Positions 11,455 to 21,435 of a stretch of 64,000 nucleotides of DNA are shown here, piece after piece. The stretch spans positions 1 through 64,000 of the forward strand of contig JAPEUI010000018.1 of NCBI GenBank assembly GCA_026025075.1, given 5' to 3'. Below the pieces are notes generated by a model, which ran no database searches, was not told the origin of the DNA, and saw nothing but the letters and a program-made list of their open reading frames with translations. Origin of the DNA: Vezdaea acicularis (lineage: Eukaryota). The stretch's first letter is position 1; every line of letters begins with the position of its first letter. A program made the translations under genes and the position numbers.

Positions 11455-12054
11455 CTAATCGTCATCCTCGTCGGCATCATCTGTGACCACATTGAAGAAC
11501 CTGAGCTCGTAGACGCCCTTTGAGGTAGAGACAACCCGTAGCCAATCCCGCAATTGCTGCTTCTTAAGGAATTTCTTCGTCCTGAGAAATCGACATTAGC
11601 AAATGTGATAGAGCCGGTCATGGCAATTCGGTAGAATGAAGCTCACAGATACTTGATGTATCGACCCGAAAACTCCTGGTGTGCAACAACTTCGATCTTG
11701 CCGCCTTCTATCTGGCTAATCTGGATAGTATCTCCAAGGTTACCGGTTCGGTTATCCACCTTAATCTTGTCATGAAGGAACTTCTCGAAGGCGGCGACAT
11801 CGAAGATCTTATCGCCCGCTGGCTGGGATGCATTGATGATGAACTGTTGTATATCAACGAGACATCTCGTTGAAAGCTAGAAAGTAATGCCTTCATACCT
11901 TCTTGGTCACCTTGGGGGCCTTGCCGCCCTTAGTGCCGGTGCGAGACTTCTATAGCAGGAAAGTGGGTCAATTCCAGGTCTTCAAGATCATAAGAAAAAC
12001 AGTTATAAGATTGTGGAGAAGGACATGGTGGATACATACAGTTGCTGCAGGCAT
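11455..12054 (-). CDS. RPL22: 60S ribosomal protein L22 (eL22), 3 introns
   Basis: Spliced [87 protein letters not shown]. Confidence 0.95.
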
Positions 12055-12889
12055 CTTTCTTTATTTCTTTGGCGCAAAGAAATGGTTATCCTGCGCGCTG
12101 GGCTGTCAAATGGTCTGAAGGTTTAGAAGGGCAGCAAATACGATGTTAAGGTGTGCGCCAAGAGTTCGCTTGGGCAAAGCCCTCCTAACGAACTCTTCGA
12201 ACGGCGGAGGTACTCTCATGCTATGTCACTTCATGAATCTAAATCAATTCGGATTAAACTTGAATGTGATGAGTATATTTTCGCATCATTTATTGATCTA
12301 ATTTCGTCTTGTACTGGGTGTAATTAGATTTTCTGATTGGTCAATTACCACCAGAAATTACTCCAAAAGAACGATCCACGGTTTCCGCACATCCTCAACG
12401 TTACTCACGCTTGGAGACACATTGACTTAAGAAAGCGTTACTCAGCCGTTCTTTCACAACCTCTTGGGACCTCTCTGAAACTTGAAGTTTATGAAAGCGT
12501 GCTAAATTGTCACCTTTGGCAAGATTGTATGCATCGCCTCCTGTTCGCATACCTCTATATAAGGTCTCTGCGCAACTTGAGCGGGCCGAAGCACGGGACC
12601 GAAGCTCAAATCGCCCCGTCAAGGATGAGATAGCATACTATCATACTTCTCTCGGTAGGAGCCACCAATTAAGGCCACAAAGAAGCCTCTCAGGGAAAAC
12701 TCTGAGCTAATTGACCCAGCTGGGGCAGCCGACATGCCTGGCTGGATAGGACCATTTCATTATTGTCTATGAATTCACATTTCTCATTTACTCATATCTT
12801 ACGAGATTGACAGAGTAAGATTACATTATTTCCAATGATTTACAACCTCAAGTCCTTTTGCTTCAAATCTATCCATTAGACTTTTTGTA

Positions 12890-14974
12890 ATGAATTGGAC
12901 GGGAGGGAGCTTGACGAGGCACTCTCGCGCTTCACATGGCCTGTCTCATACTCAAAAGCAACATTTTGCTCGAGCAAGGGCGCAGCTCCAGACTGGAGGC
13001 CAGAAAACAATCCCGTTTTTTGACCTAGCCCATGTCATTCCAGGTCCAACGAAGTGGCCTGTTGACGGACAATCTTTGCCTGATCCTGGTAACTTAGGAC
13101 TCGAATATAAACAGAAACAAAGACCAAAGGGAAGAGCTGAAATCGAGGCGAAAAGAGGGACACCTCGTTCTCAGAGAAGGCGTGTTAGTGAAGCTCAGCG
13201 TCTTCAACTTAACTCCGACGTGCTATCCATCGATCGGCCGACCAAACAGCTTGCCATTCCGGACCTACCTCGACGCACCGTGCAAGGAAAAAAAGAAAAG
13301 CAGGACGATGACTTATATGCTCCACCTAGTCCTGGTGCTCTTCCTCTCGGAATTAATCGAAATGCACCAGTGGAATTATCGCTCGAAGCGCGAAGACGGA
13401 AGCTGCTAGAAAAGGTTGACTGGGTAGGAACTAGAATACTTCGTCCTGCGAGCATTAGATTTCCTACTTTGGAAGAGAAAGAAAGCTTTGGAAAACGTCG
13501 TAAGATCTCGAAACATGAACGGCCGACCGCTTTGGAGAGGAGAACCCGGTGTGATACTCCACTGAACAAATCCAGATCGCCTCGAGCATGGAGAAATGCG
13601 CAGGAGACTACACCGGCGGGGAGCTTGATGATCAAGATTGGACAGCACGTCGCGTACGGACAGCAGACGAGAGAGTCTCAAAGAACTCCTAGTCAGAGCC
13701 GGGTATCTCGACCTCCGGATCCTACGCAGTACTCAGACTCTTTGTTATTTGACATACCAGAAGGGGTTTCTCACGGCAGCTCACCTCTGATAAAAAGAGT
13801 AGATTATTTAGACTCGCCAATGTTCGAGCAGTATCCTCTCCCAGAGCCGCTCGTTAGCTCCGAGGCTGTTATGCCACTCGATCAGATCCTTCATCTTAGT
13901 AGCTTTGATGAGGTGATGGAGCTCAATCAGGAAAATCTGGCAACTATAGATTCAAAGGACAAAAAACCTCATCTTCAAAGGGAAGAAGCTTGTGACGTTT
14001 CTGAGGTAGGTCAAGAGGAGCGCCAGGAAGATAGCCAACATAAAATCGATAAACACAGACCTTACACCCATGACAGGGAACTCTTCAACCCCATAGTCCA
14101 TCGCCACAACACCCCTCCTTTTCCGGAGCAAGGAATAGTCACCCATAAACCCCCACTGCGAAATAGAGAGATTCAATTAATATTCAACTCAGACCCCTTA
14201 AGCGCCTTTGGAGCAGATACTAAGAGAGAAGAGAATATACCTGAAGCATCCCAACTTGGTCGAAGCGTGATCGCTAATGCCGGAGACCTCGAAGAGGAAG
14301 GAAAAGAAATCGACCCCCTTGACTCGATATGGAATGCCTGGGTCAATCCGAGTTTAAAGACTGCTAACGAGACGAATGCAGCGGACCCAAATGGCGAGCG
14401 CTGTGTCCGGCCAAGTCAACAGCAAGAGAATCCCCGAGTCGCAGAGGGTATTCCACTCTGTGAACCTCTTATTTCTAAGCTAGCACTACAAAACCATGCT
14501 CGTCCGGAAACAACAGTAGATAAGCAAGAGCTGGCCTGGCAGCGCTTCGTGTTCGGGTCCAGCCCTTTTGACGCCGAAGACCCAACGCCCTCTGCTACAA
14601 ATTACTTGGTTAAGCCTCAGGCTGGTCGCCCACGCTCTTCCTCCCTCTCCGTGCAGCCTACAGTATATCCTCCTATACGTCCCAACTCGCCCTATTCCCC
14701 AACGGTGGGCGGAAAACTCTCCTCCTTTTCCGATAAAGAACTACTTGCGTCTGCCTTCTCAACAATAGCACATGTCTCATCTTCCGAACCTGAATCCGTG
14801 CAGCTAGTCCCCGTTCCTCCTTCCTCATCTTCGCCGGCGTTCGAGCGTTCTCAAACTCTGCATGCTAGTCGAGGAAGGAAAAAGCTCTTATTCTCGCCGC
14901 CAAAGCGGTATAGAGGCGATGGCAAGGCTGTGGAGAGCGTTATGGACGACATCGAGGACGTAGACAGTGCTTGA
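12890..14974 (+). CDS. hypothetical, largely disordered protein (694 aa)
   Basis: long intronless ORF; MNWTGGSL..QKQHFARAR N-terminus resembles a fungal family of unknown function; RRKLLEKVDWVG and WQRFVFG short motifs. Confidence 0.75.
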   Translation: MNWTGGSLTRHSRASHGLSHTQKQHFARARAQLQTGGQKTIPFFDLAHVIPGPTKWPVDGQSLPDPGNLGLEYKQKQRPKGRAEIEAKRGTPRSQRRRVSEAQRLQLNSDVLSIDRPTKQLAIPDLPRRTVQGKKEKQDDDLYAPPSPGALPLGINRNAPVELSLEARRRKLLEKVDWVGTRILRPASIRFPTLEEKESFGKRRKISKHERPTALERRTRCDTPLNKSRSPRAWRNAQETTPAGSLMIKIGQHVAYGQQTRESQRTPSQSRVSRPPDPTQYSDSLLFDIPEGVSHGSSPLIKRVDYLDSPMFEQYPLPEPLVSSEAVMPLDQILHLSSFDEVMELNQENLATIDSKDKKPHLQREEACDVSEVGQEERQEDSQHKIDKHRPYTHDRELFNPIVHRHNTPPFPEQGIVTHKPPLRNREIQLIFNSDPLSAFGADTKREENIPEASQLGRSVIANAGDLEEEGKEIDPLDSIWNAWVNPSLKTANETNAADPNGERCVRPSQQQENPRVAEGIPLCEPLISKLALQNHARPETTVDKQELAWQRFVFGSSPFDAEDPTPSATNYLVKPQAGRPRSSSLSVQPTVYPPIRPNSPYSPTVGGKLSSFSDKELLASAFSTIAHVSSSEPESVQLVPVPPSSSSPAFERSQTLHASRGRKKLLFSPPKRYRGDGKAVESVMDDIEDVDSA

Positions 14975-15117
14975 ATGCTTCACTTATATAACCACCCCCC
15001 CCGGCTAAATTACAGCATCATGCTTAGAAAGCCAATGATTTTCCAATTCGTATCCACAAAGCTCCTAGCTCATATTCGCCCTCGGATGCGTAACCCCCAA
15101 ATGATTAACATCCCACT

Positions 15118-18100
15118 TCACTTCCCCTCCAATCTCCCATTCACGACCTGCTCCTCCCCCCTCGCAAGCCGCACACTCTCCCTTTTTCCTACCCTCCTCC
15201 AGTACTCACTCAGCGCCGGCCACTCACTCTCCCTCCACTCCTCAAACCCAGCCACAATCTCATCCAAGACGGGCCAAAACGCACAATCCGCCAATGTGAA
15301 CCTCTCTCCGGCGACGAACCCCTTTTCCTCCGCATCTCCCCCACTCCCAGCGACCCAGCGCTCCCAAACCCTCAATTCGCGCCGAAACGGCGCCACGACC
15401 GCCTGCCTCTCCATCGCGACTTGCTTGGTCAGCAAAAAGCGCGCGGCCTCGCTCGGCGCGAGGGAGGCGAGAGCATGGTATGCCGCGCGCCAGAGAGCTA
15501 GGAGCGAGTCGGAGGCGTAGACACGAGTGTACACCGCTGCGATGTCGGCGCGCTGCTCCATCGGCGGAAGGAGGGGCGAGGAGAGGCAGTATGTCTCTAG
15601 GTAGAGTAGGATGGCGAGGTCGCCTTCGACCTCGGAGCGGTCTGCGTCGTGGTCCACAAACTTTATGCGAGGGGGTGGTTCGGGCAGCGCTGGGGTAGTA
15701 TCAAGGTTAGTTCCGCTCTTCTTCCAGTCGTAGGACGGTGAGGGCGCTTTCACGTCCCACAGGAGGCCTTTCTCGGCGAGGCAGATCTTGACGCGGGCGT
15801 CGACGACTGCGTCCCCGGATGCGAATAGTTTCGGTGTCGCGCTGGTGATGTGCAGCACGTCGAAGCCTTCGCCGTACGCGGCATCCCAGTCAAAGTCCGC
15901 GCGCTGGTTCTCTGCACCAAAGGCTTTGATCATCTGCTCGGCTTCGTAGGTGTCGCCGTTGACCACAGGCGCGGCATGAGTTTTGTCCTTGGCGCGAGCA
16001 CCTTGGCCCCAAATCTTGGTGGAGGAGGCATCGAGGAAGGTCCCGATGTGTCGAAAGGTTAAGGAGATGCGCGAGCCGCCGAAGGCGAGCTCATCCTCGC
16101 TTTTGAGAGATAAGGGGCGTTTGTCGGGACGAATTCCATGCAGCCAGTGCGCGTTGCTTACTTGGCCGAGGATGAACATCGAATTGTGCGGCATGGGGAT
16201 GCGTTGCATGCTGCGGGCTTTGGCGTCATCGGGGGAGAGTTGGTCTTTCAGCTTAGAGTCGGAGAGAGCGTCACTTATATCGCTGCCGCCGCCGATGCCG
16301 TTGCTTGCTATTGCGGAGTTTGTTCCTATGGAGGAGTTGGAATGGTGGCCTTGACTGGATTTCTTAGTTCTTAGAGTCATGGACCTCTGGGCGCCAATGC
16401 TGACGTTGACAATGCTTGAGCCTCGAACTATATCTAGAGTTTTGTCTGAATGTTCTGAAATGTAATCTTGGCCATGGCGGTAATGTTGGATTAGAACATG
16501 GTTTACGGGATGTTGTAAGACCTTTTGCACTTCGTCCCGTATTTGTGACACAGTCTCTGAGAAGGGCAACAGGGGGGGCGACTCATCAGCTGGATGTCGG
16601 TATATCGGGAACGAACCGTCTTCATCAATAAGCCCTTCCACTGCGACAAGGCGAGGTACTTCACCACCGCGATGGTGCATGGTCTGCCACTGCACTTCCG
16701 CTTTTAGCTTTTCGAAGGCAACATCGCGTAGAGGCTGAGGAAGAAGGTTATAGACTATGCGCGAATCCCCCTCGGCAATTATATCCTCAGGGCCTAGCGT
16801 CGGAACTGACTGCCCCCTAATATGCGTACGGCTGACCCTATTCTTATGTATTGAGCGTATTGTCTGCGCTCTCGCAGTCTCGACATTCGTCGGCGTCTCG
16901 ATGGGCACCGTGGCTGTCGGGCGAGAGAAAAATGAGCGTGGATTTGACGCCACCTCCTCTAGCCTTGCCGAAACTGCCTCAAGATTTTGAAAGGTTGGCG
17001 ATGGCAAGTCGTTGGTGTCGATCCGTGGCAGTTCCTCGGCATGGGCAAGTGTTTCTTTATTTGTCTTAATTGGTTCTCGTGGGATACCTTCCAAAGTCTT
17101 CTTCATCAGTTCCTCATCTGGGGTTTTCGTCGAGATGTCGATGTCCTTCTCTACTTCGACTGGCACAGAAACACCATTTTTCGTTGGCGGCAAATCATGA
17201 CCCTTCGTGGCCTTTGTATTCCCCTCACCATTGCGGCTTTTTGATCGCTGCGCCAATAGCTGGGACTTCGTAATAGCTTTCTCGCCATTTTCTCCCGGCC
17301 TCTTTCGCTGGCGTCCCCGCTGGACAATCTTGTTTTGCTTTAACTTGGGTTTGCTCTCCGCTGATTCCGCTGCTACAGAGTCTTTCAGGCTTAGTCTACT
17401 GAGTATGTTCTCGATTTGAGCCTTGTCTGATGCACGACCTACAGTGTGACCTGATTTGATTTCGGACTTGCGCCAACCTCGAATCAAACTCTTGAATTCT
17501 GATGTGTTTATCGCATCTGCTCCAATATACTCCGTCATTTGCTTCATTGCCTCCTTATGACGCGATTCATTGCGATAGCCAAGACAGTCGTCAATTATAG
17601 TAGTGGCGAAGCCATGGCGAGCAGCGTCGAGAACTGTAGCGAATACTGAAATATTGGAGAGGGCGCCGCAAACGTAAATTTCCGTAACGATATTTCCTCT
17701 GAACGTTGGAAGCAACGAATTCTCTTTAAAGGCAGAATAATAGCTTTTGGTCAGCAGCATATCCCTCTGCTCGTCGATGGTGCCCTTGATCGTTTCGATA
17801 AACTTTGCCCCATGAGTATCCGGTAAACAGCAGCTCTTAGATTTTCTGTCTTTATCACGAGAGAGGAACATTTCCTCATTGTATTGAGACGGCGGCGCCG
17901 TAGACTCGTCTGTTCCATCCTCATCCTCATCACCCGACTCGAAGGCTTGTGGATTGCGCTCTTTGACTTTGGCAAGAAGGTTTTTCATATGCTCGGACGT
18001 AGATCTTGACATTCCTGGGTAAAGAGGAGGAGTCGACACAGCAGAGCCGCCAGCGGAACTGCCATCGTTGACGGCTGTAGCACTCTTCTGCACTTCAACA

Positions 18101-18354
18101 TCGGTGATCACGCTCTCGCTTTGTCCATCGTTTACCGGCCGTTCCTGCTGAAATTCCGAGCGTACCCATACAATGTCTCCACAGTCCCGAAAATCCGGGA
18201 CAACTTGCTTAACCCTTGTTACGATTTCCGGAAGATTGGGGACGCTCAAGTTTCCAGAGGGGGGGAGGAACTCTTCTTGGAAGTCAACGATGAGCAAAGC
18301 CCGCCGAGTCTTGAATTGAGGAAGCCTCTGAGTCAATTGCTCCGCCGAAAACAT
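15118..18354 (-). CDS. isochorismatase-like + AlkB-type 2OG-Fe(II) dioxygenase + GST-like fusion protein
   Basis: ALLIVDFQ, KSYYSAF, VCGALSNISV (cysteine hydrolase fold); YRHGQDYISEHSD, HGI, RISLTFR (AlkB HxD..H..RxxxxxR); FTLADCAFWP (GST C-terminal motif). Confidence 0.88.
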   Translation of the reverse strand: MFSAEQLTQRLPQFKTRRALLIVDFQEEFLPPSGNLSVPNLPEIVTRVKQVVPDFRDCGDIVWVRSEFQQERPVNDGQSESVITDVEVQKSATAVNDGSSAGGSAVSTPPLYPGMSRSTSEHMKNLLAKVKERNPQAFESGDEDEDGTDESTAPPSQYNEEMFLSRDKDRKSKSCCLPDTHGAKFIETIKGTIDEQRDMLLTKSYYSAFKENSLLPTFRGNIVTEIYVCGALSNISVFATVLDAARHGFATTIIDDCLGYRNESRHKEAMKQMTEYIGADAINTSEFKSLIRGWRKSEIKSGHTVGRASDKAQIENILSRLSLKDSVAAESAESKPKLKQNKIVQRGRQRKRPGENGEKAITKSQLLAQRSKSRNGEGNTKATKGHDLPPTKNGVSVPVEVEKDIDISTKTPDEELMKKTLEGIPREPIKTNKETLAHAEELPRIDTNDLPSPTFQNLEAVSARLEEVASNPRSFFSRPTATVPIETPTNVETARAQTIRSIHKNRVSRTHIRGQSVPTLGPEDIIAEGDSRIVYNLLPQPLRDVAFEKLKAEVQWQTMHHRGGEVPRLVAVEGLIDEDGSFPIYRHPADESPPLLPFSETVSQIRDEVQKVLQHPVNHVLIQHYRHGQDYISEHSDKTLDIVRGSSIVNVSIGAQRSMTLRTKKSSQGHHSNSSIGTNSAIASNGIGGGSDISDALSDSKLKDQLSPDDAKARSMQRIPMPHNSMFILGQVSNAHWLHGIRPDKRPLSLKSEDELAFGGSRISLTFRHIGTFLDASSTKIWGQGARAKDKTHAAPVVNGDTYEAEQMIKAFGAENQRADFDWDAAYGEGFDVLHITSATPKLFASGDAVVDARVKICLAEKGLLWDVKAPSPSYDWKKSGTNLDTTPALPEPPPRIKFVDHDADRSEVEGDLAILLYLETYCLSSPLLPPMEQRADIAAVYTRVYASDSLLALWRAAYHALASLAPSEAARFLLTKQVAMERQAVVAPFRRELRVWERWVAGSGGDAEEKGFVAGERFTLADCAFWPVLDEIVAGFEEWRESEWPALSEYWRRVGKRESVRLARGEEQVVNGRLEGK

Positions 18355-19669
18355 GTTGGTGAAATGGAACGTGAGTCTTGCTCAAGACGAGGGGAAAGCA
18401 TGAGTTATGCCTGATCGTATGATATTAGCCGGAGTGACCGGAGACGGCAAAGGGCACAAGCATACGAGCGAGTCTTGTCCCGATCAACAGCTGCCTAGCC
18501 GTCTTCTAGAATCGCCAGATAACGGGTTTGTTCGAAGCTGCAACGCTAAAGAATAGGATTGAGACGCGTATGTAGCGGCCTAATTACCAGCCAAATCACA
18601 TAATGTCTATACAGTTGGGTAGTCAACAGAGGAAGCAAGCACTTCAAGTCAAGCCGTGAGGCCAGCTACAGTCCCAAACGTTGCGCTAGAGAAGTGATTA
18701 TTCTTGAGTAACTATAAGAATATCCACGCGAAAAGGAAGAGCGGAGCTGCTGGGACGGCTTGGGGCGTAAAAAGCAAGCAGCCGGAGGTGAAGACGATGT
18801 TTCGATGGCAAGGTGCAGGATGCGCGGGACGAAGCTGCCCAACCTTAAAACTCCGGAGCTAAAACTAGGGTCTCCGCGCCAGGCGAATCCGTCCCCCACC
18901 AGCACGTCTAGCGATCTCCGACCCGACACGCTAGAAGCCGCTTTAGAAGCCGATCATGAGCTTCAATCTTTCTGCCCAATACGCAAAGACGAACTCGTCT
19001 TTTCCTGAAGGTTTCATTCGATTCGACAACGGACGAGTGCTCCGCCTTTATACAGTACTGTACAGTACAGTACAGTTCCTGGCCATCCTTTATTTGGTCC
19101 TACTAGGCCATGCATTATCAGCAGCACGATATGTGTCGCAACATCCAATACGAGCTGCTATTCCCGGAACGTCCGCGCATTTAGTTCGAAAAGGTGTCAC
19201 AAGACACCTAGGCTCTGTCAACTCGTCCAGATGGGGACGTGTATGGTCTTGCTGGATGCGTATACCTCGTCAGCTTTATCTAACGGATGCGCGCATGGGG
19301 CACTCGATGGACTCTTCTGCCCTTAGAGCGCGTCTTTCGTAGCCAAGTTCTCTACGGTGCGGATGAAAATTCCGTGACGCTCTTTCTCTGTTGGAGAACC
19401 ATGCCCCAGGAGTCTGCCATCATATATGCCGTCTCGGTCTTCAGTGTTCTTTTGGGTTTGTAACTAACATACCGAGAAGTCTTCTGAGAACGATCTCCCT
19501 GTTCCATGCTAAGGGCGTGCCACTCTATGAATCTGCCAGACCCCAAGCGATCCTGCGAGGATTCAACCGTCAAATGTGGGACAAGTCAGCTTGATCCTCT
19601 AGTTCGGTCTAGATACGGCCGAAAAGGAATGTTATCGCCGGATGTTTGCCATTTACAGGAAAAGGCTAC

Positions 19670-21154
19670 TTATTTCGAGAAGAATTGACTGATCTCTTGA
19701 CTTCCAGCAGGCGCTTTTTCGACACCTCTTCTTCGTTTCATGGGACTTTTCCCAGTCCCATTGCTTGTTGCGCTTCGAGTTTTTTTGGATGAAGCGATTT
19801 TGGCTGGAGATACTCCTTTTGTTGGTGACGCCTCCGATGTCTTCTGGTGCTTCTTTGGTGGAGGACTTGCCTCTTCACTTCCTACTTCGCTCTGCTCTCG
19901 CTTCACTCTAGGCGCTTGGGTATCGGGCGGCGAAGAGGGGAGAGGCGCATTGTCTTCAGTCCCGCCATTGTCAACTTGCGTTTCCCTTGTTTCGCCAGGA
20001 ACGTGCTTCGCTTCAAGGGCCTCTGCACTAACGCTTTCTTCTTCCTTATGGATTTTCGACTCCTCATCCTCCTTCTTAGCGCCCCCCTTCGCGTTGGCAA
20101 AGTAGTTGGCGATGTTGTTCTTGTTCTGCGCGCTCGAGACGGGTACGATGAATGTGGGGGAGTTGTTTCCCACCTTGCCGACGTCTTTGCTAACCGGGTA
20201 AATGTCAAGTTCGCCCTGATATGGTTTGAGGAGCGCTTGCAATTCAGCCGACCACGTTGACCGACCGGGGTCGAGCCACGTGCGCATATCCGTAGAGCCG
20301 TTCTCCAAGATTACCGGCATACGATCGTGCAGGAAGCTAAGCTGAGTATTCGACGAAGTCGTGATGATCGTGTACGTGTAGAACTTCTGGTCTTCGCCTG
20401 CTCCAGCGTCAGCCTGCGCCGCAATCCCACAGAGACGGATTCCAATCCTAGCAGAATCGCACCTTCATATTTTGCAACATCCCAAAGCCCAGCAAAGCAC
20501 ATCAGTTGGTCGTCTTTTCGCTTGACAAAATGCGGGATCTTCTCTTTGCCATCGTTCTTCTTGAGCCATTCGTAGAAGCCTTGGCACAGCACGATGCAGC
20601 GCTTCCTCTGCTTCATTGTGGTCCACATGCCGCGATCCTCGATCAATGAGTCGTCCCGACAATTGATTGTCCTGAGCATAGAACCATAGTCTGGTTTTCT
20701 CTTGGTCCAGAATGGTATTAAACCTGATCTGATGTTACCTGTGCGCTCCTCTGTGAAGTGCTGTGATACCCACCCCACTTCATTGACTGAAGCTTGTATC
20801 TGGTCTCTTTGGAACCTGCATTGCCTTCTGTGGCTTCCTGAGTAGTCGCGGTATTTTCAACATTCTTGGTGACCTCTGCCTCGGAGTTGTTCGCTCCGCC
20901 TTCCCTATGCGATCTGCTTCCATTGCCCCAATCGGGCACGTCTGCCCTATAGATAAGCTCGTTATAGCCCGGCGCAACGTTATAACTCTGTCGTACTTCG
21001 TCGTCTTCTGGCGCTTCATCTACTGGCATGCCAGCTTGCAACATTCGCTGTCGGACCTCCACAACTCGCTGCGGGGACTGTTAGCTCTATCAAATGCACC
21101 CCAAGCTTTCAATGGGGAGGAACTTGCGAATGAAAGCGCATATCGCCCACACAT
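19670..21154 (-). CDS. HMCES: SRAP-domain abasic-site processing protein (HMCES/DUF159), 3 introns
   Basis: N-terminal MCGRY (catalytic Cys2), SYNVAPG, MKWGLIPFW, INCRDD, GFYEW, FAGLWD, LHDRMPVIL; first intron 21127-21069 is GC-AG. Confidence 0.92.
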
Positions 21155-21435
21155 CTTGCCGGAACATATAAGCGTGCATTGAAAGTTTCCATAAGTCTCT
21201 TCAAAGAAGAGAAGTCGGTGTTGAAGTAGACTAGGATTGATGCCTACTTTTGGATGTGACGGAAGCGAGAGCTTCGTCGAAAAAAAGTCTCGACATCATT
21301 CGACCTCGGTCTCCATACATCGGTGTCGTCCCAATACCGAACCCAACGCCTTTGCTGGCTACTTGGGTACATTTACTACTGGTTTTCTTCTCGCCTCTCC
21401 AATTGACCTTGATTCCCTATTTCTAACGCCGCAAC

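Noticed and set aside
14975..15520. 181-aa ORF starting right after the stop at 14974 (readthrough or operon-like)
   Set aside because: Mostly antisense to the GST-like domain; composition explained by the opposite strand
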